Program-made: the position numbers and the translations under genes
The notes under the pieces: generated by a model
Told to the model about the DNA's origin: nothing
Seen by the model: the letters and a program-made list of their open reading frames with translations, nothing else
The model's database searches: none
Shown here: in pieces, positions 28,011-37,931 of the stretch
Numbering within the stretch: position 1 is the first letter of the stretch
Layout: each line of letters starts with the position of its first letter
Source: Pseudomonadota bacterium
Lineage (GTDB): Bacteria; Pseudomonadota; Alphaproteobacteria; Rickettsiales; UBA8987
NCBI GenBank assembly: GCA_048498735.1
Contig: JBEHXK010000004.1
Coordinates: 2,283-66,282, forward strand
Reading direction: 5' to 3'
DNA: 64,000 nucleotides

Positions 28011-29590
28011 AATTTCAGGGTTTTTGCCTTCAGTACGCTTGGTAATTTCGCGATCTGGCCAAGAACATCAGAATTGATATCGCTATCAACTTCAACCAAT
28101 GCAATTGCCTGACCGTTTTTATTTTTGCTGCGCCCCAAGTGGAAGTTCGCAATATTAAGTTTATTATCACCTAATATTTTACCAAGACCACCGATAAGGC
28201 CAGGTTTGTCTTCGTTTTGAACATAAAGCATATTTCCGTTCAAAGAAGCTTCCAGATAAACATCACCCACATTTACGATACGCGGCTCATCATTGAATAG
28301 TGTTCCACGGATTGCTATAGTTTCCTTGCCAACAGTTATATTAACTGTAACCAGCGTGTGATATTCGCCTTGTTCAGCATTTTTGCTTTCAACAACTTTA
28401 ATATCCCTCTCCTGTGCAACAACAGGAGCATTGATCATATTTACAGTCTCAACGACATTTTCAAGCAGGCCGCGAAGAATAACATTCGTAACCAGCTTAG
28501 TATTAAGTTGTGCGACAGCGCCTTCATATGCAATTTCAACTTTACTGATGCCACCATCAATAACCTGCGCAGCAAGTTTGCCAAGCTTCTCGCCTAGAGA
28601 GATATATGGATTCAACTTCTTAGCATCTTCAGCAGAAACTGATGCAATGTTAAGCGCGTTGGTTATAGAACCTTTAGTTAAATATTCAGAGATCTGTTCA
28701 GCAACCTGAAGAGCAACATTTTCCTGAGCTTCATTAGTTGAAGCACCAAGGTGCGGAGTGCAGACGAAATTTTCATGACCGAAAAGCACGTTAGTTGTTG
28801 CAGGTTCAGTTTCAAAAACGTCAAACGCTGCAGCAGCCACATGGCCGGAATCAAGCAGTTCACGAAGGGCTTTTTCATCAACCAGGCCACCACGTGCACA
28901 ATTAACAATGATCACGCCTTTCTTAGTTTTTGCCAGAGTTTCTTTTCCAAGAATGTTGCGAGTCTGCTCTGTTAATGGAGTGTGAAGCGTAATGAAATCA
29001 GCACGTTTCAGAAGCTCATCAAGCGTAACTTTTTCAACGCCGATATCGCGAGCACGTTCTTCTGAAAGATAAGGGTCAGAAACAACAACTTTCATTTTAA
29101 GGCCTTGAGCGCGATCAGCAACGATAGAGCCGATATTGCCACAACCGATCATACCAAGGGTTTTGAACGCAAGTTCAACGCCCATGAACTTATTTTTTTC
29201 CCATTTGCCAGCATGCGTTGAAGCATTAGCAGCAGGAATCTGGCGTGCAGCAGCAAACATTAACGCGATCGCGTGTTCTGCAGTTGTGATAGAATTGCCG
29301 AACGGCGTGTTCATCACGATTATGCCTTTCGCCGTTGCAGCAGGTATATCAACGTTATCAACACCGATACCGGCGCGAGCTATAACTTTCAGATTAGCAG
29401 CTTTATTGATGATATCTTTAGTAACTTTGGTTGCAGAACGGATTGCAAGGCCATCATATTGACCGATAATTTCTGCAAGTTCTTCAGGTTTCAGGCCAAC
29501 TTTAACATCCACCTGAACGCCATTCTCTTCGAAAATCTCTTTGGCGCGAGTGGATAATTTATCTGAAATCAATACTTTAGCTTTTGCCAT
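28007..29590 (-). CDS. serA: D-3-phosphoglycerate dehydrogenase (long form with ACT domain)
   Basis: 527 aa. GMIGCGNIGS NAD motif, NCARGGLVDE and TPHLGAST. Confidence 0.9.
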   Translation of the reverse strand: MAKAKVLISDKLSTRAKEIFEENGVQVDVKVGLKPEELAEIIGQYDGLAIRSATKVTKDIINKAANLKVIARAGIGVDNVDIPAATAKGIIVMNTPFGNSITTAEHAIALMFAAARQIPAANASTHAGKWEKNKFMGVELAFKTLGMIGCGNIGSIVADRAQGLKMKVVVSDPYLSEERARDIGVEKVTLDELLKRADFITLHTPLTEQTRNILGKETLAKTKKGVIIVNCARGGLVDEKALRELLDSGHVAAAAFDVFETEPATTNVLFGHENFVCTPHLGASTNEAQENVALQVAEQISEYLTKGSITNALNIASVSAEDAKKLNPYISLGEKLGKLAAQVIDGGISKVEIAYEGAVAQLNTKLVTNVILRGLLENVVETVNMINAPVVAQERDIKVVESKNAEQGEYHTLVTVNITVGKETIAIRGTLFNDEPRIVNVGDVYLEASLNGNMLYVQNEDKPGLIGGLGKILGDNKLNIANFHLGRSKNKNGQAIALVEVDSDINSDVLGQIAKLPSVLKAKTLKF

Positions 29591-29687
29591 TTTTACCTGT
29601 CGAAATTTAAATTTTATGTAACTGCTTTATAATAATAAATCCTCAAGTTGCAAGTTCTGTTTTAACACTTTAGTTTGGGGGAAAATT

Positions 29688-32588
29688 ATGCAGCAGGCCA
29701 ATATTACACAATTTAAGTTCATTCCGTGGAAATTTGATTTCCAAGCTGCTGAAATAAATTGGCAAAGGCTTACTGAAAGCAATGTTCAACTGGCTAATAA
29801 AATAAGGAATTACGGCGCCTTTGGCCTGACAGATTCCATTTTCAGCAACAGCTCTTTCTTGAGCGATCTTATTATAAAAAATGCTGAATTCTATAATGAA
29901 CTGGTTAATGGCAATCTTGATGAACAATTCGACAACATTCTGAAAAATATAAAAGATTTCACTGGCGATTCGGAAGAGGTGCTGATGAAATTACTACGTC
30001 AATCACGCCAGAAGGCGGCCCTTCTTTTAGCTATAGCCGAGATTACTACATTATGGGATATCACACGGACAACTGAGGAGCTCTCGCGTTTCGCTGATCT
30101 TACAGTTAGCAAAACATGTGAATTCCTGCTCAAAAAATATCACGATAAAAGTTTCATAAAGCTAAAACACCCAACTGAACCATTAAAAGATTCGGGCTTA
30201 GTGGTTATTGCGCTAGGTAAACTGGGATCGAACGAACTGAATTATTCCAGCGATATTGATCTGTGCGTATTTTATGAAGATGAGAAACTTGAATATAAAG
30301 GCCGAATATCGATTGGACAGTTCTATATAAATCTGGCGCAGGATCTTATACGCATTCTTTCGGAGCGAACAAAAGATGGCTACGTGTTCCGGGTTGATTT
30401 TCGTCTTCGCCCTGATCCTGGCTCTAACCCGTTAGCGGTATCATTAAAAAAGGCCGAGAAATATTATTTCACAGTGGGCCAGAACTGGGAACGTGCAGCT
30501 TACACCAAAGCGAGATTCATATGCGGCGATGAAGATTCAAATAAAATATTCCGAGAATTCATGGATAGAAATATCTGGCGCAAACATCTGGATTTTGAAA
30601 CCATTGAAGATATCCACTCCATTAAACGCCAGATAGATACGAAACAAGGCTTACATCCACAAAACCTTTATGGGTACAATATCAAACTCGGCCTCGGAGG
30701 AATCAGGGAAATTGAATTTTTCGTGCAGACTCAGCAATTGATCTGGGGTGGAAGGAAGCCTCGCCTGAGAGCATCAAGAGTAATTAAAATTTTATATGCG
30801 CTGGTGCGTGAAAAGAAAATAACGAGCCGCACTGCGCGCGATCTGGAAGATGCATATTTATTCTATCGCATGGTTGAACACAGATTGCAGATGGTTGCAG
30901 ATGAACAGACCCACACCTTACCAAAAAACGAAAATGAGATGTATCATATCGCTATTTTTTGCGGCTATGTTGATACGATAAGTTTTTTGAATGTTCTGCA
31001 CCAGAAAATAAGTTTAGTTCGTGAACATTATAGCCACCTTTTCGAAACCTCACCTTCACTTGCATCTAACCTGCCAGAAGCTCAAGGCTCATTGATCTTC
31101 ACCGGAACTGAGAACCACCCGGACACTATAGATACATTGCGCAAAATGGGTTTCAAAAATCCTGAAAGAGTTTCTGATATGGTGCGTGGATGGCACCACG
31201 GCCGTTATTCAACTACAAAAAGCAAACGTGCGCGTGCGGAGCTTACAAAATTAATGCCACATCTTTTTGTAGCCTTTGCAAAGTCACCCTCTCCCGATAT
31301 TGCCTTTGCGCGTTTTGATGAGTTCTTAAGTAATCTGACGGAACATAACCAGATTTTCTCAATGTTATATGTTCACCAGAATATCATGGAACTGCTTGCA
31401 GATATAATGGGTGGTTATCCGGAAATCGCACAGAACATTGCTAAGAACCCTGCCCTGATAGAATATGTTCTGGCGCCGGAGTTCTATACCAGGCTACCTG
31501 AGAAAGAAGAACTGCAGAGAAGTCTAAAACGCGAGATAAAATCTGCAAAAAATGATCTCGATGAAGTGATCGAGGCCACAAAAAACTGGGCTAACGATCT
31601 TAAATTCCGCCTCGGTATTCAACTTGTCACCAAAGATATCACCACTGAGGGCCTTTTTATCGGGCTTTCTAATATTGCTGAAACGGTCATCCGCACTTTC
31701 ATGAAACTGGTAAATAAGGAAATGGAAGCGCAATATGGGAAAATTGCCAACGGAAATTTCGCAGTCATTGCTTTCGGCAAATTCGGCAGCAGAGAACTGA
31801 CCTTTAATTCTGATCTTGATCTGGTTTTTGCATATGATTTTGAAAAAGATAATTTAGATATACCAGCTACTGCATATTACAATCGCATGGTCACTAAACT
31901 TGTGACCATGCTTTCATCTGTTACTGCCGGAGGGAAATTATATGAAGTTGATATGAGGTTGCGCCCGCTTGGTGAGAGCGGCCCGCTGGCATCATCACTT
32001 GAAAGCCTTGATAATTATTATAACCCGGAGAAGAAAGATGGTTCGGCCTGGGTGTTTGAATATATAGCCCTGACGCGCGCACGTGTGATCTCAAACAACC
32101 CAGCATTTGAGCGAAAACTCAGCAAATTAATCAGATCAAAATTGCAGCATAAATGGAAGAGTGAAACCTTGCTTAAGGAAGCAAAATATATCCATGAGCG
32201 TTTCAGAAAAACTAAAAGACAGAAAAACATATTTGATATAAAAAATGCTGAAGGCGGGTTATTTGATCTGGAATTCCTAATTCGTTTCCTGCAATTACGG
32301 AATTTATATAAACATCCGAAAATACTTGGCCAATCGACTGTAAAAACAATCAATGCGCTGCATAAGAATAAACTTATCAATGCATCTGAATATAAAGTGA
32401 TCAGAGAGGCATATACACTCTATAAGGAAATACAGAATATATTGCGTATCACATCGGAAACGGAAGTGGAAACCTATACTGAAAAGCTTTTATGCAATAT
32501 TCTTAAGATTGGCAGTGTATCTGAATTACACGCCCTTATTACAGATACAAAACAACGGGTAAAAAACCTGTTTACAAAACTTATATAG
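29688..32588 (+). CDS. glnE: Bifunctional glutamine synthetase adenylyltransferase / adenylyl-removing enzyme
   Basis: 966 aa. Two nucleotidyltransferase modules are present: GKLGSNELNYSSDIDL...VDFRLRP and GKFGSRELTFNSDLDL...VDMRLRP. Confidence 0.9.
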   Translation: MQQANITQFKFIPWKFDFQAAEINWQRLTESNVQLANKIRNYGAFGLTDSIFSNSSFLSDLIIKNAEFYNELVNGNLDEQFDNILKNIKDFTGDSEEVLMKLLRQSRQKAALLLAIAEITTLWDITRTTEELSRFADLTVSKTCEFLLKKYHDKSFIKLKHPTEPLKDSGLVVIALGKLGSNELNYSSDIDLCVFYEDEKLEYKGRISIGQFYINLAQDLIRILSERTKDGYVFRVDFRLRPDPGSNPLAVSLKKAEKYYFTVGQNWERAAYTKARFICGDEDSNKIFREFMDRNIWRKHLDFETIEDIHSIKRQIDTKQGLHPQNLYGYNIKLGLGGIREIEFFVQTQQLIWGGRKPRLRASRVIKILYALVREKKITSRTARDLEDAYLFYRMVEHRLQMVADEQTHTLPKNENEMYHIAIFCGYVDTISFLNVLHQKISLVREHYSHLFETSPSLASNLPEAQGSLIFTGTENHPDTIDTLRKMGFKNPERVSDMVRGWHHGRYSTTKSKRARAELTKLMPHLFVAFAKSPSPDIAFARFDEFLSNLTEHNQIFSMLYVHQNIMELLADIMGGYPEIAQNIAKNPALIEYVLAPEFYTRLPEKEELQRSLKREIKSAKNDLDEVIEATKNWANDLKFRLGIQLVTKDITTEGLFIGLSNIAETVIRTFMKLVNKEMEAQYGKIANGNFAVIAFGKFGSRELTFNSDLDLVFAYDFEKDNLDIPATAYYNRMVTKLVTMLSSVTAGGKLYEVDMRLRPLGESGPLASSLESLDNYYNPEKKDGSAWVFEYIALTRARVISNNPAFERKLSKLIRSKLQHKWKSETLLKEAKYIHERFRKTKRQKNIFDIKNAEGGLFDLEFLIRFLQLRNLYKHPKILGQSTVKTINALHKNKLINASEYKVIREAYTLYKEIQNILRITSETEVETYTEKLLCNILKIGSVSELHALITDTKQRVKNLFTKLI

Positions 32589-32606
32589 TAAATAATATCA
32601 ATTGTT

Positions 32607-33083
32607 ATGGCCGATATTGAATTAAAAGAAGGGCATTTTGCCCCGGATTTCACTCTTGATACAGATGGTGCAAGGCATATGACCCTTTCATCCTTAAGAG
32701 GTAAAAATGTTGTGCTTTATTTTTACCCGAAGGATGATACACCGGGTTGTACCGTTGAAGCAAAAGACTTTGCTTTGGATGCGCCTCTTTTTGAAAGCGC
32801 TAACACAGTTGTTATTGGTGTTTCCAAAGATACGGTGGCAAGCCATGATAAATTCAAGGAAAAGCACTGCCTGCCGTTCGCACTGGCATCTGATGCCAAC
32901 TCAACCGTTTGCGAGGCCTATGGCACATGGGTTGAAAAAAATATGTATGGCAAAAAATATATGGGCATTTCCCGGGATACATTCCTTATAGACAAAACCG
33001 GCAAGATCAGAAAAATCTGGCGTAAAGTTAAAGTTGATGGACACGTACACGAAGTATTAAATGAAGTTAGAAAATTGGCTTAA
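32607..33083 (+). CDS. bcp: Peroxiredoxin Bcp
   Basis: 158 aa. YFYPKDDTPGCTVEA active-site motif. Confidence 0.9.
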   Translation: MADIELKEGHFAPDFTLDTDGARHMTLSSLRGKNVVLYFYPKDDTPGCTVEAKDFALDAPLFESANTVVIGVSKDTVASHDKFKEKHCLPFALASDANSTVCEAYGTWVEKNMYGKKYMGISRDTFLIDKTGKIRKIWRKVKVDGHVHEVLNEVRKLA

Positions 33084-33154
33084 CGCATCTTTTACCATTT
33101 GATTTTTCAGCATAAAAAAGCTACCTTAAGTTTCCATTTAATTGTGAGGGATAT

Positions 33155-33550
33155 ATGGAATATGAATTCGCAGGGTTCTGGAGAAGATTTGTTGCAATGT
33201 TTATCGATGGCATAATTCTTGCCATTATATTGCTTCCGCTTCAAACCATAATAGGTTTAGGCGGTGTGCATAATGGCATATATTATCTAATAAACCTGGC
33301 CGTTGGAATTGGGTATAGTGCTGGATGCAATTCCTCAAAGTGGCAGGCTACCATTGGCAAGAAAGTTATGGGCTGCTATATTATAAATACTGATGGAACA
33401 AGAATGTCTTTCGGTAAGGCGGTGCTAAGATATTTCTGCTACATCATCTCATCCCTGCCTTTAAGCCTTGGTTATATATGGGCAGGTTTTGATAAAAGAA
33501 AACGCGCTTTTCATGACATGATCGTCGGCACATATGTGGTGAAAGAATAA
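33155..33550 (+). CDS. RDD-family membrane protein
   Basis: 131 aa. FWRRFVAMFIDGIIL near the N-terminus and AFHDMIVGTYVV near the C-terminus. Confidence 0.75.
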   Translation: MEYEFAGFWRRFVAMFIDGIILAIILLPLQTIIGLGGVHNGIYYLINLAVGIGYSAGCNSSKWQATIGKKVMGCYIINTDGTRMSFGKAVLRYFCYIISSLPLSLGYIWAGFDKRKRAFHDMIVGTYVVKE

Positions 33551-33551
33551 T

Positions 33552-34346
33552 ATGAACGCCACAATCAGAACGGTTCCTAAAGAGCTATTTAAGAAATGGA
33601 AGAAACAACGTAAAGCCGCATTTTATGCAGGCATAACATTACTTATTGTACCTATACCAATTTTTATACTTTTGGCATTTGTTATAAGCATGGTGCAGAG
33701 CGAAGGGGTTGGCCTTAACAATAACAATGAAGCAGTTTATGTCTCTCAGGGAACGGTTACCAATGTTGAAGAAAGCGGCAATATAAGAACTTATTCCTAT
33801 ACCTATAATAAGATCGATAAAGGTGTGGTTAATGATAAAATGCTTAGTTCGATAAGCGATAACCAGGCCGTATATAAGAACGGCGATACTGTATCGATCG
33901 AATATACTACTAAAGAAAGTGGCATACATAAAATTAAAAGCCCCACTCTCAGGGAACTTTTTTATAAAAGAGATTCTTTTAAAAATGATGGGCTATTAAC
34001 GTTCATAATAATTATATTTGCGGTCTTTTTTATATTCATTCCATTTCTACCACTTGGAGTTTTTCTTCTCTATTATTCCGGCAGGCTTGCACGTAAACGC
34101 AAATATCTGCATGAAAAAGGCATAATGGTTCAGGGAAGGATCCGTGACATATATGATGTTATCGGTAAGAAGGTTGTGTCTTATGAATTCACGCCAGAAG
34201 GTGGAAATATGCTTTATAAGGAAAGGCAGGCACTGGTAAATCTGGATGTTATATTTAATAAACGCGCCGGAGATTCCATAGCTATAGTTTACAAGCCAAA
34301 CCGCCCCGATAAAAATGCGGTTTATGAAATTACTGATGCCGTGTAA
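33552..34346 (+). CDS. Membrane protein with two DUF3592-like beta-rich modules
   Basis: 264 aa. The layout is TM, soluble module (GTVTNVEESGN..YSYTYN...GDTVSIEY), TMs, then a second module (VQGRIRDIYD...VSYEF...GDSIAIVYKPNRP). It starts 2 nt after the RDD gene. Confidence 0.45.
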   Translation: MNATIRTVPKELFKKWKKQRKAAFYAGITLLIVPIPIFILLAFVISMVQSEGVGLNNNNEAVYVSQGTVTNVEESGNIRTYSYTYNKIDKGVVNDKMLSSISDNQAVYKNGDTVSIEYTTKESGIHKIKSPTLRELFYKRDSFKNDGLLTFIIIIFAVFFIFIPFLPLGVFLLYYSGRLARKRKYLHEKGIMVQGRIRDIYDVIGKKVVSYEFTPEGGNMLYKERQALVNLDVIFNKRAGDSIAIVYKPNRPDKNAVYEITDAV

Positions 34347-34432
34347 CATTTCGTAATAGAAAAATGCGCCAAAACCGGCCTTTTACTTAGGTTATTTCTT
34401 GTTTTTGTGCTTCGTTATGATATAGCACCTTC

Positions 34433-35782
34433 ATGGTAAAATTATTCGGGACAGATGGAATAAGGGGTGAAAGCAATAAAACCCCAATGGACACAGAAAC
34501 CGCACTTAAAGTGGGTTTAGCTGCCGGTGCATATTTCACAAAAGGCGGCCACAGGCACCGCGTTATTATCGGCAAGGATACGCGCCTTTCAGGTTATATG
34601 ATCGAACCTGCACTAACTGCCGGCTTTATTTCCATGGGAATGGATGTGTTTCTGGTAGGGCCGATGCCAACACCTGCAGTTGCTTTAGTTACAAGAAGTA
34701 TGCGTGCCGATGTGGGCGTTATGATCTCTGCTTCACACAATCCATATTATGATAACGGCATTAAACTTTTCCAACCCAATGGCTTGAAACTTTCTGACGA
34801 TGCAGAGGAAGAGATTGAAGCTCTGATGAATTCTGATCTAAGCCAATACAAGGCAAAACCTGCAGATCTGGGCCGCGCAAAACGTATCGATGATGCGCCG
34901 GGCAGATATATTGAATATCTGAAACAGACCTTCCCTAAACGCCTAAAATTAAAAGGCCTGAAGATAGTTCTGGATTGTGCAAATGGTGCGGCATATAAAA
35001 TCGCGCCGATAATATTCTGGGAGCTTGGTGCAGAAGTTGTAACTATAAATAATAACCCGGATGGCTTTAATATTAATGATCACTGTGGTTCTACATACCC
35101 GGAAAGCCTTATCAAAAAAGTAAAAGAGACTGGCGCAGATATCGGTATTGCTCTTGATGGAGATGCTGACCGCGTAGTGATTTGCGATGAGAAGGGCAAT
35201 ATAGTAGATGGTGACCAGATAATGGCAACGATTGCCACCAGCTGGCATAAACAGGGCAAACTCAAGGGCAATGCACTTGTAACCACGGTTATGAGCAATA
35301 TGGGCTTGGAGAAATATATTGAATCGCTTGGTTTGAAATTAGAGCGCACGCGCGTTGGTGACAGAAACGTTATGGCAAAGATGCGCGATATCGGCTGCAA
35401 CCTTGGCGGAGAACAATCAGGCCATATCATATTCAATGATTATACCACAACAGGTGATGGCATCCTGGCAAGCCTGCATCTTCTTTCTGCCCTTGCTGAA
35501 AATGGTGGTAAAGCAAGTGACGTATTACACGTATTTGAGCCTTGGCCACAGATATTACGTAATATAAAAATAGATAAGGAAAAAACTAATCCGCTTGAGA
35601 ATGACAAAATAAAAAAACTCATCAGTGATGCAGAAGATAAGCTTGGTGATAATGGCCGCCTGGTGATAAGAAAATCAGGCACTGAACCTTTGATACGCAT
35701 TATGTCTGAAGGTGTAGATAAAAAGCAAATCGAAGATATCTCAAGCGATATTGAAAACAATATCAAGAAACTGATCGCGTAA
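34433..35782 (+). CDS. glmM: Phosphoglucosamine mutase
   Basis: 449 aa. FGTDGIRG, the active-site motif SASHNPYYDNGIK, and DGDADR. Confidence 0.95.
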   Translation: MVKLFGTDGIRGESNKTPMDTETALKVGLAAGAYFTKGGHRHRVIIGKDTRLSGYMIEPALTAGFISMGMDVFLVGPMPTPAVALVTRSMRADVGVMISASHNPYYDNGIKLFQPNGLKLSDDAEEEIEALMNSDLSQYKAKPADLGRAKRIDDAPGRYIEYLKQTFPKRLKLKGLKIVLDCANGAAYKIAPIIFWELGAEVVTINNNPDGFNINDHCGSTYPESLIKKVKETGADIGIALDGDADRVVICDEKGNIVDGDQIMATIATSWHKQGKLKGNALVTTVMSNMGLEKYIESLGLKLERTRVGDRNVMAKMRDIGCNLGGEQSGHIIFNDYTTTGDGILASLHLLSALAENGGKASDVLHVFEPWPQILRNIKIDKEKTNPLENDKIKKLISDAEDKLGDNGRLVIRKSGTEPLIRIMSEGVDKKQIEDISSDIENNIKKLIA

Positions 35783-37112
35783 TTCTTAACTTCCGCAAAA
35801 CTTTCTGCACGAATTCAAAATTCAGAAAATTCATTATAAAGAACCAGATGGTATATTTAATAGCATTTGGAGAGGCACTTTTGCGATTATAAACCAAAAG
35901 ATAAGTACAAGTGATAACAAGCGGCTCAATCACCTTCCTGTACCTCCCCTCCATCACACCAGCGCTTTGCATAACAAACAGAATTATCATAGCAAGTGTA
36001 ACAGCCAGAACAAAGGCATGTTTCTCCGGCGATCTTGAGAAAAAACCGGCAATAAAGACAAATGTTATAAGCGGACACCAGATCCAGTGAGAATAAAAGG
36101 CAATTTTTTTATAAAGGATAGGATCGGTTTTTGAAGATTCCGGCCAATCCGGACTGAATAATAAAAAGACAAGATTCTCAACCTTACGAGCAAATGCATC
36201 ACGAATTGTATAATTAGATGAAAGCTTTTCTATTTCATCATCCCAATCTTTTGTGCCGTTATTTAAATCTACAGCAAAACTATATACCTTCTCCTCACGA
36301 GGCGGAATGTAGTCATAAAGCGGTTCCATAATATCAGTATAATAAGCCGGGCTGCCAAATATGAAGCCGCCAACATTCTTTACATCAAAATGGAATTTTT
36401 TTGAATCACAGAGATAGTATATCTGATTCATCTTAGTGAAATAAAACGGGGTGAATACTTTCAGAACGCGATATGAATAAATGCCGGTAGCAAGTGATGT
36501 TATAATGAATATTGAACATGCCGTAACAAAGAATTTTTTCTTCTGCACTTGTGAAAAATATATAAGAGGAAAAAGAAATAAACCTATAGGCGCCGCTGTC
36601 AGCTTGGAATGTGCCAGTAATAACATACTAATAAAAGCGCAAAGGCCTGAGGAAAAATCTTTCTTACGCATTGCACGAAAGCTTAACCAGAAACTAAGAG
36701 CAAGCATATTAAGCATTATGGTTTCGTTCATGAAATAGGCAAAAACGGTCCATGTAGTTGGAACCAGAGCAACCAGAATTGCTAATATATAGGCATGTTT
36801 TTTTGGCAATATTTCCTTGCAGAAGCGCATCCAGCAATAGGCAAAGCCAGCGCATTGCAGGCCGACCACTAATGCCACGATTGCGTAATTTTCACCGTTG
36901 TTTGAAATCAGCCTTAAGACGTACATGAATATCTGGTAAAGCTTAGGATCAATAGCATTAAATATATTTGGATGCACAAAACTTACAGCATTATTCATAT
37001 GTCGTTGGGCATCAGAGAAAAGGCTTTCCATAGGGTTATTTAAAAATGGAAAGAGAAGACGAGCAATAAGAATGCCGGTAAAGATCTGTTTTAAAATTCT
37101 GGTCGGGTTCAT
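35763..37112 (-). CDS. Polytopic inner-membrane protein, possibly a GT-C-type (ArnT/PMT-like) glycosyltransferase
   Basis: 449 aa with many hydrophobic helices and a ~110 aa soluble loop (residues ~250-360). It starts immediately after the stop of the acyltransferase gene upstream, which suggests an operon. The family call is weak. Confidence 0.35.
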   Translation of the reverse strand: MNPTRILKQIFTGILIARLLFPFLNNPMESLFSDAQRHMNNAVSFVHPNIFNAIDPKLYQIFMYVLRLISNNGENYAIVALVVGLQCAGFAYCWMRFCKEILPKKHAYILAILVALVPTTWTVFAYFMNETIMLNMLALSFWLSFRAMRKKDFSSGLCAFISMLLLAHSKLTAAPIGLFLFPLIYFSQVQKKKFFVTACSIFIITSLATGIYSYRVLKVFTPFYFTKMNQIYYLCDSKKFHFDVKNVGGFIFGSPAYYTDIMEPLYDYIPPREEKVYSFAVDLNNGTKDWDDEIEKLSSNYTIRDAFARKVENLVFLLFSPDWPESSKTDPILYKKIAFYSHWIWCPLITFVFIAGFFSRSPEKHAFVLAVTLAMIILFVMQSAGVMEGRYRKVIEPLVITCTYLLVYNRKSASPNAIKYTIWFFIMNFLNFEFVQKVLRKLRITRSVS

Positions 37113-37739
37113 TTAGAGATTATCTTCGTATAATTTCATCAGTATTTTCTGCATATTATTAATTGTCGCCTCATCCGCAGGAATTGGCTTACCACACACA
37201 GCCTTTATCGAGCGGCGAAAATAACGCGGCATGAATCGATATTTCTGGCCCAGGTATTTTCTACTGAATATACTACCCCACAAACCAATTAGTGCAATTG
37301 GTATAACAGGAACGGGATCATTTTTCAGCATCCACTCAACACCGAATTTAAAGCGGCTCATATAACCTGAATAGGTGATCTGCCCTTCCGGGAATATGGC
37401 AACTATCTCGCCATTCTGCAGTGCATCAGAGGCCTTTGCCAGAGCTTTTTTTACCTTTTCCCTGCTTGCTTTGATCGGAATAGCGCGATCCAATTTCATA
37501 AAATAATGCACAAAAGGTTTATTATAGATATCCTCATCAATAATAAAGCGCAACTGGCGATCTGCAGCACAGTTCAGGATAAGCCCATCCATATAGGAAA
37601 CGTGATTAGCTATGACTATACATGGGCCTTCTTTCGGGATATTTTCAAAACCAATAAACTCGCATGGATATATTACACGAATAAGAATCTTCGCGCAGGA
37701 GCGGTAAAACTTTTCTAGCAGATTAAGTTCTCGGGACAT
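37113..37739 (-). CDS. PlsC-family lysophospholipid acyltransferase
   Basis: 208 aa. HxxxxD motif (NHVSYMDG) and the FPEGQIT motif. Confidence 0.75.
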   Translation of the reverse strand: MSRELNLLEKFYRSCAKILIRVIYPCEFIGFENIPKEGPCIVIANHVSYMDGLILNCAADRQLRFIIDEDIYNKPFVHYFMKLDRAIPIKASREKVKKALAKASDALQNGEIVAIFPEGQITYSGYMSRFKFGVEWMLKNDPVPVIPIALIGLWGSIFSRKYLGQKYRFMPRYFRRSIKAVCGKPIPADEATINNMQKILMKLYEDNL

Positions 37740-37931
37740 TCCATAAACTTAAGATAAATCTCGGAATTCTCAATACTTCGCTTTATTTATGCTGCAATGC
37801 GGTCATTGATTTTATTAGTTTGATATCTTAATAACACAATCTCTCTAACAAAATAACCTTATTTTTAAATAACTTAATTAATATATACTCTTGTTAATCG
37901 TTTGTTAACTTTATTGTTATATATTAATAGG

